A model generated the notes under the pieces. That model was not told where the DNA came from. It did no database searches and saw nothing but the letters and a program-made list of their open reading frames with translations. The position numbers and the translations under genes were made by a program. Positions 20,249 to 30,559 of a DNA stretch of 64,000 nucleotides are shown piece by piece. The stretch is from an uncultured Cryomorphaceae bacterium (lineage in GTDB: Bacteria > Bacteroidota > Bacteroidia > Flavobacteriales > UBA7430), in contig CACDER010000002.1 in NCBI GenBank assembly GCA_902551855.1, positions 2,916-66,915 of the forward strand. Direction: 5' to 3'. The first letter of the stretch is position 1, and every line of letters starts with the position of its first letter.

Positions 20249-20995
20249 ATGAATTTTTTTAAAGAAAAAATAATTAAAGAAAAACTACCTAATCACATTG
20301 CAATTATAATGGATGGTAATGGAAGATGGGCAAAAAAAAATGGATTATTGCGAATAAATGGACATAAAAATGGAGTAAATACTGTGAGAAAAGTAGTTGA
20401 AGTATGTATAGAAATAGAATTAAATTTTCTTACTTTGTACGCTTTTTCAAATGAAAATTGGAAAAGACCTAAAACTGAAGTTAAAGAATTAATGAAAATA
20501 TTAGTTAAATCATTAAGAAAAGAATTACCAAATTTTAAAAAAAATAACATTAAATTTTCTGTTATTGGAGAATTAGAGAATCTTGGCTCAAAAATCAATG
20601 AGACTCTTTCTTTTGTTATTTCTGAAACAAAAAATCACACTGGGCTAAATTTAATTTTAGCATTAAGTTACAGCTCAAAAAATGAGATAGTCAATGCAAT
20701 AAAATGTATTGGTAAAGAGTTAATTCAAAATAAAATTGATATTAAAAATATAAATGAGAATTTAGTTTCAGAAAATCTATACACGGCAAATATTCCAAAC
20801 CCTGATCTACTAATAAGAACTAGTGGTGAGTTTAGAATAAGTAATTTTTTATTATGGCAAATTGCTTACACAGAATTTTACTTTAGTGAAAAACTTTGGC
20901 CAGATTTTGATAAAATTGATTTTTATGAAGCTTTATATAACTATCAAAAAAGAGAAAGAAGGTATGGAAAAACAACTGATCAGTTAAATAAATAA
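20249..20995 (+). CDS. uppS: undecaprenyl diphosphate synthase
   Basis: Motifs 'HIAIIMDGNGRWA' and 'LLIRTSGEFRISNFLLWQ'. Confidence 0.93.
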   Translation: MNFFKEKIIKEKLPNHIAIIMDGNGRWAKKNGLLRINGHKNGVNTVRKVVEVCIEIELNFLTLYAFSNENWKRPKTEVKELMKILVKSLRKELPNFKKNNIKFSVIGELENLGSKINETLSFVISETKNHTGLNLILALSYSSKNEIVNAIKCIGKELIQNKIDIKNINENLVSENLYTANIPNPDLLIRTSGEFRISNFLLWQIAYTEFYFSEKLWPDFDKIDFYEALYNYQKRERRYGKTTDQLNK

Positions 20996-23460
20996 TGAAA
21001 AAAATTTTAATTGTATTTATTTTTTTATCGATACGTGTTATTGGACAAGTAAGTCTGAATAACGATATAAGTAATTTATCTTATGAAAATCCAATTGAGT
21101 ACGAAATAGGGGGAGTTATAGTCACTGGAATTGATAACTTGGATAAGAACGCTATTATTACTATATCAGATCTCAAAGTTGGGGAAAAAATCTTAATCCC
21201 TGGGGAAAAAATTTCTAAAGCAATAAAAAACCTTTGGAATCAAAATTTATTTGAATTTATTGATATAAATATTGTTAAAATAGTTAATAACAATATATTT
21301 CTTGAAATTAATCTAAAACAACTTCCAAAACTTTCTAAATATAGTTTAAATGGATTAAAAAAAGGCGAAAAATCTAAAATTAATGATAAAATTAACTTAA
21401 CAAAAGGGCAAGTTGTAAACGAAAATTTAATTACTACTACTAAACAAATAATTAAAAATTATTATATAGAAAAAGGGTTTCCAAAAATAGCAGTTTCAAT
21501 AAACTCAAAATTCGATTCTATAGATAATAAAAATATTACTTTAGAAATCTATATTGATAAGGGAGAAAAAATAAAAATAAATGAAATTATTTTTTCAGGT
21601 AATTTTTCATTTGATGATAAAAAATTAAAGAGAAAGTTAAAAGATACTAAAGAAAAAAAATTCTTTAGATTATTTAAAACCTCTAAATTATTAAAAGAAA
21701 AATTTAATGACGATTTAAATAATTTGATTCAATTCTACAATGAACAAGGTTATAGAGATGCTAGAATTAAAAATCAAAACATAAATTATAATTCAAATAA
21801 TTTAATGAATATTGAGATTAATATTCATGAGGGTAATAAATTTTACTACAGAAATATAAACTTCCTAGGAAACAGTAAACATAGTTCATCTTTTTTAAAT
21901 TCTATTTTGGGGATCTCAAAAGGGGATTTATACGATGAAAAACTGCTAAATGAGAGAATTAATGCAAATGCACTTGGGAATGATATTAGTTCACTTTATA
22001 TGGACGATGGTTACCTTTTCTTTAATATTGAGGCAGTAGAAGTTTTAGTTGAAAATGATTCAATTGACCTTGAAATAATAATATATGAGGGGAAACAAGC
22101 AAAAATAAACAAAATAGAAGTTAGTGGAAATACAAAAACTAATGATCATGTAATAATGAGAGAAATTAGAACTAATCCAGGAGAATTATTTAGTAGATCG
22201 AATATATCTAGATCTATTGAACAATTGACCAGATTAAACTATTTTGATCCACAAAACATTGGGGTTTTACCTAAACCTGATCCTATAAGCGGTAATGTTG
22301 ATATAGAATATACTCTGGAAGAAAAATCAAGTGATCAACTTTCTTTATCTGGTTCTTGGGGAGCGGGAAGGCTATTTGGAACATTTGGTGTATCATTCAA
22401 TAATTTTTCTTTGAAAAATATTTTAACTAAAACTAATGGGAATAGATTACCCTCAGGAGATGGGCAAAGTATAAGTTTAAATGCCACATCAAATGGTTCA
22501 TTTTATCAAGGATATTCTTTTTCATTTAATGAACCTTGGTTAGGTGGTAAAAAACCAAATTCCTTAAATTTTACTATTTACAGATCAATTCAGGACTACA
22601 GCACTGACGAAATAGAAAACAAAATGGACTTGATTGGAATTAATTTAGGTTTGGGAAAAAGATTAAAATGGCCTGATGATTATTTTACTATCAATAATTC
22701 AATAAATTTTCAAAAATATACTTTAAGCAATAGACAGCTTGTTCCAGGATTCAGTAATGGTATATCAAAAAATTTAAGCTATAGAGCTACTTTATCTAGA
22801 AGTTCAATTTTTGATCCTATATATCCAAAAACAGGTTCTCAATTTACAATAAATGGAAATTTTACACCTCCTTATTCATTGATTTTTAACAGAGATGGAA
22901 ATTTAATGACCTTAGCTGAAAAATATGAATGGTTAGAGTATATTAAAGTAAAATTAAATGGAACTTGGTATACAAATCCACTAGGCAATTTAGTATTTAA
23001 GACTCATAGTGAATTTGGAGTTATTAGACCATATAATAATAGTATTGGTATTCCACCCTTTGAAAGATTTTATGTTGGTGGAGACGGATTAAATGTTTTT
23101 ATGCTTGATGGAAGGGAAGTCATAGGTTTAAGAGGTTATGCTAATCAATCTGTTTCATCTCATCTTACTGGGGGCGGAAGTATCTATTCCAAATATACCT
23201 TAGAACTAAGATATCCTCTTTCACTGAATCCAACTTCAACAATTTATGCAACTATTTTTGCAGAAGGAGGTAACGCATGGGAATCGCCAACAAGTTTTAA
23301 TCCATTTGAAATCAAAAGATCAATTGGAACTGGAATTAGGATCTTTATGCCTATGATTGGAATACTTGGTGTTGATTTTGGTTATGGTTTTGATTCTCTT
23401 CCAGGTAGCGTTGAAAAAAGTGGTTGGCAAACTCACTTTTCAATTGGACAACAATTTTAA
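20995..23460 (+). CDS. bamA: outer membrane protein assembly factor BamA
   Basis: Signal peptide, repeated POTRA-like modules and an Omp85 barrel ending 'HFSIGQQF'. It has a TAATG overlap with uppS. Confidence 0.9.
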   Translation: MKKILIVFIFLSIRVIGQVSLNNDISNLSYENPIEYEIGGVIVTGIDNLDKNAIITISDLKVGEKILIPGEKISKAIKNLWNQNLFEFIDINIVKIVNNNIFLEINLKQLPKLSKYSLNGLKKGEKSKINDKINLTKGQVVNENLITTTKQIIKNYYIEKGFPKIAVSINSKFDSIDNKNITLEIYIDKGEKIKINEIIFSGNFSFDDKKLKRKLKDTKEKKFFRLFKTSKLLKEKFNDDLNNLIQFYNEQGYRDARIKNQNINYNSNNLMNIEINIHEGNKFYYRNINFLGNSKHSSSFLNSILGISKGDLYDEKLLNERINANALGNDISSLYMDDGYLFFNIEAVEVLVENDSIDLEIIIYEGKQAKINKIEVSGNTKTNDHVIMREIRTNPGELFSRSNISRSIEQLTRLNYFDPQNIGVLPKPDPISGNVDIEYTLEEKSSDQLSLSGSWGAGRLFGTFGVSFNNFSLKNILTKTNGNRLPSGDGQSISLNATSNGSFYQGYSFSFNEPWLGGKKPNSLNFTIYRSIQDYSTDEIENKMDLIGINLGLGKRLKWPDDYFTINNSINFQKYTLSNRQLVPGFSNGISKNLSYRATLSRSSIFDPIYPKTGSQFTINGNFTPPYSLIFNRDGNLMTLAEKYEWLEYIKVKLNGTWYTNPLGNLVFKTHSEFGVIRPYNNSIGIPPFERFYVGGDGLNVFMLDGREVIGLRGYANQSVSSHLTGGGSIYSKYTLELRYPLSLNPTSTIYATIFAEGGNAWESPTSFNPFEIKRSIGTGIRIFMPMIGILGVDFGYGFDSLPGSVEKSGWQTHFSIGQQF

Positions 23461-23478
23461 TTTACATAAATTTACAAA

Positions 23479-23991
23479 ATGAAAAAAAATTTACTTCTAA
23501 TATTATTATTCTTAAATGTTAAAATTTGCTTAGCACAAAAATTTGCCTACGTTGATTCAAAATATATTTTAGAAAAAATTCCTGCTTACATTGAAGCTAA
23601 GGAGGAATTAGATAACTTATCTTTTAAATGGGCAGAGGAAATTGAAGTTTTATATGAAAATATTGATCAAATGTATAAAAAATACCAAATTGATAAATTA
23701 TTATTGACGCAAAAAATGAAACAGACAAGAGAAGACGAAATAATTAAAGCTGAAGAAGATGTAAAACAAATTCAACAAACAAAATTTGGACCAGAGGGTG
23801 AACTCTACAAAAAACAAGAAGAATTAATTAGACCAATTCAAAACCAAATCTATGACGCTATTAACCAATATGCTAAAGATGGAAGATATTCAATAATTTT
23901 TGATAAATCCAGTGAATTGTTGATGCTTTATGCTGATAAAAATTTAGATAAAAGTGATCAAATTTTAGAAATACTTGGATACAATTACTAA
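23479..23991 (+). CDS. OmpH/Skp-family periplasmic chaperone
   Basis: 170 aa with a signal peptide and a long K/E/Q-rich helical arm. It lies immediately downstream of bamA. Confidence 0.75.
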   Translation: MKKNLLLILLFLNVKICLAQKFAYVDSKYILEKIPAYIEAKEELDNLSFKWAEEIEVLYENIDQMYKKYQIDKLLLTQKMKQTREDEIIKAEEDVKQIQQTKFGPEGELYKKQEELIRPIQNQIYDAINQYAKDGRYSIIFDKSSELLMLYADKNLDKSDQILEILGYNY

Positions 23992-24003
23992 ACAAATTTA
24001 AAT

Positions 24004-24510
24004 ATGAAAAAAACAATTTTAATACTGTCGATTTTTAGTTTCATTTTCTCAACAAATTTATTTTGCCAAAATAAGTTTGGACATATTCATTCTGAAAAAC
24101 TACTAATGCTTATGCCTGAAACTGTTGAGGCTGAAAAAAAAATTCAAGAATTTAACAAAATGCTTGAGGAACAACTTCAAACTATGTTTAACGAATACCA
24201 AAATAAAGCTGGAGAATTTCAGGCTAACGAAAGTTTAATGACTAATGTTGTTAGAGAAACTAAGTTAAAAGAAATTCAAGATTTAGAAGTTAGAATCCAG
24301 GAATTTCAACAAACAAGTCAACAAAGTAGCCAAGATAAACGAACAGAAATTTTAGCTCCAATCCTAGAAAAGGCTCAAAATGCAATTGATCAAGTAGCAT
24401 TAGAAAATAATTATACATATATATTTGATATAGCTATTGGTTCTATTGTATACGGTAAAGACTCAAACGATATTACAGAATTAGTTAAATCAAAAATGGG
24501 AATTCAATAA
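24004..24510 (+). CDS. OmpH/Skp-family periplasmic chaperone (second paralogue)
   Basis: 168 aa with the same architecture as the preceding gene. Confidence 0.75.
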   Translation: MKKTILILSIFSFIFSTNLFCQNKFGHIHSEKLLMLMPETVEAEKKIQEFNKMLEEQLQTMFNEYQNKAGEFQANESLMTNVVRETKLKEIQDLEVRIQEFQQTSQQSSQDKRTEILAPILEKAQNAIDQVALENNYTYIFDIAIGSIVYGKDSNDITELVKSKMGIQ

Positions 24511-24530
24511 CTTATTTTTAGATTTTTTCA

Positions 24531-25331
24531 ATGAATTCAAAAGAATCTATAGGTGTATTTGATTCTGGAATAGGAGGATTAAATGTAGTTTATTCTCTTA
24601 AAAAGATTTTACCTAATGAAAAAATCATTTACTTTGGTGATACTAAAAACTTACCCTATGGTAATAAACCTCCAATTAAAATCAAAGAATTTAGTACAAA
24701 AATTTCTCAGTTTTTTATTAATAAAAATTGTAAATTAATAGTATTAGCCTGTAACACTGCTTCAGCATTAGCTTATGATTCCATAAAAAAACAATTTAAC
24801 ACACAATGCCTTTTAATAAATATTATTGACCCAGTAGTTAGTTATGTATCAAAGTTTGACAAAAAAAAAATAACAGTTATTGGCACAAAAAATACAATAC
24901 ATTCAGATACTTATCGAAAAAAAATAATTAAACTAAATAATTCTATTAAAATAAGATCTTACTCAACTCCTGAATTAGTAACAATTATTGAAAATGGATT
25001 TTTTAGTAACTCTATTGATAAAATTACTTTGAACAAATCTTTAAACGAAATTCAAAATATAGATTATGATTATTTATTGCTCGGATGTACTCATTACCCA
25101 TTAATTGAAAATAAAATTAAACTTTTAATTAATAAAAAAATAAAAATAATAAATTCAAATAAAATTATTTCAAAATATATTCATAACAAATTGTTTGAAA
25201 ATAGATTATTAAATAATAAAATAAAAAAACACATAATTGAAATCTTTTACTCAAAACATGACGAATCTTTTATAAATTCTGCAAAATTTTTTTTTGGAAA
25301 TAATATCAAATTAACTAAACATGAAATTTAA
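24531..25331 (+). CDS. murI: glutamate racemase
   Basis: Motifs 'VFDSGIGGL', 'ACNTAS' and 'GCTHYP'. Confidence 0.9.
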   Translation: MNSKESIGVFDSGIGGLNVVYSLKKILPNEKIIYFGDTKNLPYGNKPPIKIKEFSTKISQFFINKNCKLIVLACNTASALAYDSIKKQFNTQCLLINIIDPVVSYVSKFDKKKITVIGTKNTIHSDTYRKKIIKLNNSIKIRSYSTPELVTIIENGFFSNSIDKITLNKSLNEIQNIDYDYLLLGCTHYPLIENKIKLLINKKIKIINSNKIISKYIHNKLFENRLLNNKIKKHIIEIFYSKHDESFINSAKFFFGNNIKLTKHEI

Positions 25332-26260
25332 TCTAATAATTGCATTAAAATATCAATATTTGGGGTCAATATAATTTCTGTTCTTCTATTTCTTGCTCTA
25401 TTCTCTTTAGAATCATTTTTCACTAAAGGATTGAATGAACTTCTTCCTGATGCTACAATTCTTTCTGGCTTTATACCTTTATTATTTAATATTACTCTAA
25501 CGATTGATGTTGCACGTAAAACACTCAAATCCCAATTATCTTTGATGATACCTGATCCATTGTATGGTATACTATCAGTATGGCCTTCAACGGTAATATT
25601 AATAGTTGATTGTTGAGCTAAAATATTTGATAATTTTGTCAAAGCTTTCTTACCACTACTATTAATCTTCCAACTTCCTGATGAAAAGAGAAGACTATTT
25701 TCTAATGAAATATATAGTTTACTATTTCTAACTTCAACATTTAAACCTTCACCTTTATAGTTTAAGAGGGCGTCACTAATCTTACTTTTCAATTCACTTA
25801 GAGTTCTATCTTTACTCTCTAAATTTTTCCTTAATTCATATAGTTCACCTTCTCTTTCCTTAATATCTTGTTCTCTTTCATTTAAACTAATTTCCATCTG
25901 GCTAAGTTTTTCAATTAATTCTTTATTTTCTCTTGACTGATTTGCCATAGTATTAGAATTATTTTTAATTAATAATTCGTATGAAAGGTTTAAATTGTCG
26001 TATAATTTCTCTTTTTTTCTTAATTTTCTTGCTAAGGTCAAAGTATCGTTCTCTAATTTTTTTGTTCTTGATGATATTCTTATTAAATTATCATTTAATT
26101 CAATATTTAATATCTCTAAATCTTGATTTATTTCTTTTATTTTATCATTTTCTTTAATTAAATTAGCGAAATTTGTGTCTAATTCTTTGTATTTTTCAAT
26201 TGAAACACAAGAGTTAAAGATTAATAATATTGTAAATAAAAAATAAACTAACTTAATCAT
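25328..26260 (-). CDS. OmpA/MotB-family peptidoglycan-binding lipoprotein with long coiled coil
   Basis: Lipobox-like 'LLIFNSC' is followed by a roughly 170-aa E/K/L/N-rich heptad segment. The C-terminal OmpA_C-like domain carries 'EGHTDSIP', 'NWDLSVLRATSV' and 'NRRTEI'. Confidence 0.75.
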   Translation of the reverse strand: MIKLVYFLFTILLIFNSCVSIEKYKELDTNFANLIKENDKIKEINQDLEILNIELNDNLIRISSRTKKLENDTLTLARKLRKKEKLYDNLNLSYELLIKNNSNTMANQSRENKELIEKLSQMEISLNEREQDIKEREGELYELRKNLESKDRTLSELKSKISDALLNYKGEGLNVEVRNSKLYISLENSLLFSSGSWKINSSGKKALTKLSNILAQQSTINITVEGHTDSIPYNGSGIIKDNWDLSVLRATSIVRVILNNKGIKPERIVASGRSSFNPLVKNDSKENRARNRRTEIILTPNIDILMQLLD

Positions 26261-26313
26261 AACTTATAAAAACTTAGTTGTAATTTTACAAAAAATAGTA
26301 CAAAAGCGAAAGT

Positions 26314-28395
26314 ATGAAGCTAAAAATATTATCATTATTTTTTTTTATTTTACAAAATTTATTGAGTCAAGATATTCTTCCTTGTGGTAAAAATATAATG
26401 TCTAATGTAGCAATTTCTAATGAACCTAATCTAAAAAAAAATTTAGATAGTTTAAGAAATCAACAAAACTCAATTTTAAATAAAATTTCTTTTAAGAATA
26501 ATTATATAATTCCAACTGTTATTCATATAATTCACGATGGAGGTAGTTCTAATATTTCAAATGATCAAATATATGATGCTATTAGAATTATTAATGAGGA
26601 TTTTAATAAGTTGAATGATGATACGATATATGTCAATGAGGAATTTACCAATATTATAGCTGACATAGGAGTGGAGTTTAAACTAGCTCAAATTGACGAA
26701 TTTGGAAATTGTACAAAAGGAATTACAAGAACTTTCTCGAGTTTAACTAATAACGCATATGAAAATGTGAAAAATCTAGTCAAGTGGGACCCTAGTAGGT
26801 ATCTAAACATTTGGGTAGCACAATCATTAGCAATTGAGGCTGGAGGATATTCCTATTTTCCAGGAAGTGCACCTAATAATGATGCAAATGCTGGAATAGT
26901 TATTTTAGCATCTCAGTTTGGTAGCATTGGTCAATCTTACTCATCTAACGCAGCTGCAAGAAGTTTAACTCACGAAATAGGTCACTACTTAAATTTAGAA
27001 CATACATGGGGCTCTGGTGAACAAGGAGAAAATTCTAATTGCTTTGATGATGATGGTATTAATGACACCCCTAATACGATTGGATCTCAGTCTTGCAATT
27101 TGAATCAAATATCATGCAATAGCATTGATAATGTTCAAAATTATATGGATTATTCTACTTGTGGATATATGTTTACTCAAGGGCAAAAAAATAGGATGAT
27201 TCTGGCTTTAGAATCAGGAAATCCGTGGCAAAATGCACCTAGAAACAATCTTCATACTGAAGAAAATCTAATAGCAACTGGTGTCCACACATCCTCTGAA
27301 TATTCAGAATGCGTTGCAATTATTGATTTTCGACCAGAAAAAAGAATTTCTTGCGTTGGAGATTCTGTTAAATGGGAAAATTACTCTTATAATTTTGATT
27401 CTCTATTATCCTATGAATGGTTTTTTGAGGGTGGAAGTCCAAATTATTCTAATGAAAAAAATCCAAATATTGCATATTTTGAAAGCGGAGAATATTATGT
27501 ATCATTGACTGTTACTACACCTGCAGGTAGCGCCTCCAGAACTATTTCAAACTCAATTATAATTCAAAGTAACTCCCCAATTTTAAGCCCAAATATTATA
27601 GATTTTAACTCAAATAATTTTCCTTACACCAACAGTAATCAATGGTTATCTGAAACTAATTTTTCTAATTCAACTTGGCATTGGAATCAATATGGAAGTA
27701 ATAGTTCTTTAGGTTCAATTAGAATCAGAAGTTTTAATTTTGAAGATAATGATCCAAAAAAAATTTACTCTCCAAAGTTTAATCTCGAAAATTTAACTTC
27801 TCCGTCATATTTATATTATGATTATGCTTACGCTAAAAAAAGTGATGAAAGTAATGATATTTTAAAAATTAAAGTTTCAAATGATTGTGGATTAAACTGG
27901 ATAACAAGATTATCAAAAAATACTGATAATCTTACTACTGTTAATAATAATTATTTCTTCTCATTTATACCTACAAATAATCACTGGGAAGAAGAAAAAA
28001 TTAGTTTAACACCATGGATAGGTGATTCATTAGTTCAATTTTTATTTGAATTTAGTGGTGATGAAGGAAATTATTTATATATAGATAATGTAAGAATAGG
28101 TAATATTGATTTAAGTGTTAATGAATTTGATTACAATGAACAAAAATTTAGAGTGTTTCCTAATCCAGTGAATAAAAATTCAATAATTCAATTTGAACTT
28201 AATTACAATTCAATAATTCAATTTGAATTATTTGACCCTATAGGAAATTCTTTTGGAAAATATTCAAATCTATTTAAAAAAGGTAACCATTCTCTAAAAT
28301 TCTTCGATTATTTTTCTCCCCTATCTCCTAGTATTTATTTTTTAAAAATTAATTCCTCTAATAATATTCATACAATTAAAGTTATTCTAAATTAG
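26314..28395 (+). CDS. secreted M43 (pappalysin/cytophagalysin-like) zinc metalloprotease with PKD-like domain and T9SS C-terminal sorting domain
   Basis: Signal peptide, zinc site 'HEIGHYLNLEH' and Met-turn region 'NYMDYS'. A PKD-like segment reads 'YEWFFEGGSPNYSNEKNPNIAYFESGEYYVSLTVTT'. The CTD runs 'FRVFPNPV...SIYFLKINSSNNIHTIKVILN'. Confidence 0.8.
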   Translation: MKLKILSLFFFILQNLLSQDILPCGKNIMSNVAISNEPNLKKNLDSLRNQQNSILNKISFKNNYIIPTVIHIIHDGGSSNISNDQIYDAIRIINEDFNKLNDDTIYVNEEFTNIIADIGVEFKLAQIDEFGNCTKGITRTFSSLTNNAYENVKNLVKWDPSRYLNIWVAQSLAIEAGGYSYFPGSAPNNDANAGIVILASQFGSIGQSYSSNAAARSLTHEIGHYLNLEHTWGSGEQGENSNCFDDDGINDTPNTIGSQSCNLNQISCNSIDNVQNYMDYSTCGYMFTQGQKNRMILALESGNPWQNAPRNNLHTEENLIATGVHTSSEYSECVAIIDFRPEKRISCVGDSVKWENYSYNFDSLLSYEWFFEGGSPNYSNEKNPNIAYFESGEYYVSLTVTTPAGSASRTISNSIIIQSNSPILSPNIIDFNSNNFPYTNSNQWLSETNFSNSTWHWNQYGSNSSLGSIRIRSFNFEDNDPKKIYSPKFNLENLTSPSYLYYDYAYAKKSDESNDILKIKVSNDCGLNWITRLSKNTDNLTTVNNNYFFSFIPTNNHWEEEKISLTPWIGDSLVQFLFEFSGDEGNYLYIDNVRIGNIDLSVNEFDYNEQKFRVFPNPVNKNSIIQFELNYNSIIQFELFDPIGNSFGKYSNLFKKGNHSLKFFDYFSPLSPSIYFLKINSSNNIHTIKVILN
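28177..28236 (+). repeat. in-frame 30-bp tandem duplication (2 copies) inside the protease sorting domain
   Basis: The copy at 28177-28206 and the copy at 28207-28236 share a perfect 21-nt core, aattcaataattcaatttgaa. They encode NSIIQFELNY and NSIIQFELFD. Confidence 0.85.
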
Positions 28396-29156
28396 TGATC
28401 AAATTCAAGTAAAACTGGACAATGATCTGAATGAATTACATCCTTTAATAAAATAACATTTTGGATTTTACTTTTCAATGATTTACTGACTATATGATAA
28501 TCTATTCTCCATCCTTTATTTCTTTTTCTTGAATTTGCTCTGTAACTCCACCAAGAATAATTATTTGGTTGCTTGTTAATAAATCTGAAGGAATCAATAT
28601 ATCCACAATCTAGAAAATTAGTAATCCATTGTCTCTCTTCGGGAAGAAATCCAGACGAATTTTTATTAACTTCTGGATTATGAATATCAATTGGTTTGTG
28701 ACAAATATTAAAATCCCCTGAAATGATTAAATTTTGTTTTTTTTTACTCAATTTTAAAATATATTGTTTAAAGTCTTTCAAAAATTTAAATTTATATATT
28801 TGCCTTTCTTCACCAGATGTTCCAGAAGGGAAATAAACAGATAATACTGAAAAGTCATTAAAGTCAAGTCTAATTACTCTTCCTTCAATATCATGTACTT
28901 CTTTTTCCATTCCATAATTTACATTTAAAGGCTTTAATTTAGATAAAATTGAAACACCACTATATCCTTTTTTTTTGGAAGAGAACCAATAATTATGATA
29001 TCCAAGTTTTTGAAAAATTTTGTAATCAAATTGATCAAGATTAGCCTTAATTTCTTGTAAACATATAATATCAGGATTAACAATTTCTAGCCAATTTTGA
29101 AACCCTTTTTTTAACACAGACCTTATACCATTAATATTGTAAGTTATTATTTTCAT
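28392..29156 (-). CDS. xth: exodeoxyribonuclease III
   Basis: Motifs 'ITYNINGIRS', 'CLQEIK' and 'SDHCPV'. I prefer the ATG at 29156 to the TTG at 29189, which would overlap lysC. Confidence 0.9.
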   Translation of the reverse strand: MKIITYNINGIRSVLKKGFQNWLEIVNPDIICLQEIKANLDQFDYKIFQKLGYHNYWFSSKKKGYSGVSILSKLKPLNVNYGMEKEVHDIEGRVIRLDFNDFSVLSVYFPSGTSGEERQIYKFKFLKDFKQYILKLSKKKQNLIISGDFNICHKPIDIHNPEVNKNSSGFLPEERQWITNFLDCGYIDSFRFINKQPNNYSWWSYRANSRKRNKGWRIDYHIVSKSLKSKIQNVILLKDVIHSDHCPVLLEFDH

Positions 29157-29161
29157 TTTTC

Positions 29162-30397
29162 TTAATCTCTGTATATAATTTGATAGCAATCAAGAGTAAT
29201 TTGGCTGAAAATTTGATTTTTTTTTGAATATTTTTGGATATCTTTTTTATCAAAATTCTTAATAGTTAATATACTCAAGTTTTTATTTATGATGATACTA
29301 AATTTTAAATTTAAAATACTTAATAATTTATCCATTTTAAAAATATCATTTTCTGTAAAGCAAATTAAAGATTTTGGTACTATTTTGATTTGATTCAATT
29401 GGATATTTAACTTAGACAAAATAGAAAAAAAATATTTTATATCTAAATCATTTAAAATGTCCTCAGATTTTTTTTTAAACAAAATTGAAATTTGATTTTT
29501 TTTTATATTGTGAAATTTGATTTTTTTTTGATTCTTATAATTACAAATTACAGTTCCTTTTTCTCCTGGATTATTAAAAGACTTTACTTCTAATTTAATA
29601 TTTTTTTTTTCCAAAGGGATTATTGTTTTCTGATGAATGATTGATGATCCGTAAAATGCAATCTCAAAAGCATCTTTATATGATAAAAAGTCTATTTTAT
29701 TAAATTTTTCAAAATATTTTGGATCAGCTGTAAGAACACCAGGAACATCCTTCCATATAGTTAATTTTTTAACGTTCAATGAACTAGCAATTATTGATGC
29801 AGTATAATCTGAACCCTCTCTCCCCAAAGTTGTAGTAAAATTATTTTCACTACATCCTATAAATCCCTGTGTAATAATTGAAGTATTCTTATCAATGTTT
29901 TTTTTAATAGATTCTTCAGATAAACTATTTAAGACTGAAGCTGACTGAAAATTTGAATTTGTTTTTATCAGTTTTTTTGCACTTATCCAATTAATTTTAA
30001 AATTATTGTTCTTTAAAAATTCATAAATAATGATAGAGGAAATAATTTCACCTTTAGATACTATTTGATCATAATCAAAAGAATAATTTTTAAATTTTAA
30101 ATTTTTAAATAATTGATTTAATTCCATAAAATGATAATTGATTTTATCATGCACGTAAATAGGCTCCTCAAAAAGCTCATTTATAATTTTATAATGAAAA
30201 TCTATAATTTTTTTTAAGTCATATTTTTTGTTTGCATAAACATTCCTAAGAACATCCTCCAGATAGTTAGTTGTTTTACCTAGTGCTGAAACAACTAAAA
30301 CAAATTTTTCATTTTTATAATTCAAAAGAATATTTAACATCTGACAAATACCTTTAGAATTTTTCAAGGAAGAACCACCAAACTTAAATACTTTCAT
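29162..30397 (-). CDS. lysC: aspartate kinase (monofunctional)
   Basis: 'KFGGSSL', 'GREGSDYTASIIA' and a C-terminal ACT-like regulatory region. Confidence 0.88.
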   Translation of the reverse strand: MKVFKFGGSSLKNSKGICQMLNILLNYKNEKFVLVVSALGKTTNYLEDVLRNVYANKKYDLKKIIDFHYKIINELFEEPIYVHDKINYHFMELNQLFKNLKFKNYSFDYDQIVSKGEIISSIIIYEFLKNNNFKINWISAKKLIKTNSNFQSASVLNSLSEESIKKNIDKNTSIITQGFIGCSENNFTTTLGREGSDYTASIIASSLNVKKLTIWKDVPGVLTADPKYFEKFNKIDFLSYKDAFEIAFYGSSIIHQKTIIPLEKKNIKLEVKSFNNPGEKGTVICNYKNQKKIKFHNIKKNQISILFKKKSEDILNDLDIKYFFSILSKLNIQLNQIKIVPKSLICFTENDIFKMDKLLSILNLKFSIIINKNLSILTIKNFDKKDIQKYSKKNQIFSQITLDCYQIIYRD

Positions 30398-30456
30398 CTA
30401 TAAATTAGGAAAAGGAGTTATAAAATTTAGAAAATTTCATGATAGAAAAACTTTAG

Positions 30457-30538
30457 TGCGGATAGAGGGAGTCGAACCCACACACCTTTCGGCACTAGAT
30501 CCTAAGTCTAGCGTGTCTACCAATTCCACCATATCCGC
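30457..30538 (-). tRNA. tRNA-Leu (anticodon UAG)
   Basis: I folded the reverse complement GCGGATATGGTGGAATTGGTAGACACGCTAGACTTAGGATCTAGTGCCGAAAGGTGTGTGGGTTCGACTCCCTCTATCCGCA by hand. The 7-bp acceptor stem is perfect, and the D-arm GGTGGAATTGGTAGACAC is typical of Leu. The anticodon stem is CTAGA/TCTAG with loop CTTAGGA. It has a long variable arm and a T-loop TTCGACT with one U-U mismatch in the T-stem. No CCA is encoded. Confidence 0.9.
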
Positions 30539-30559
30539 TTTAACTAAAATTTTATTTTA

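Noticed and set aside
28177-28236. A CRISPR-like or minisatellite array.
   Set aside because: There are only two copies, in frame and inside a coding region, with no spacers. It is a simple tandem duplication.
30398-30456. A lysine riboswitch or leader upstream of lysC.
   Set aside because: The 59-nt gap is far too short and lacks conserved L-box features.
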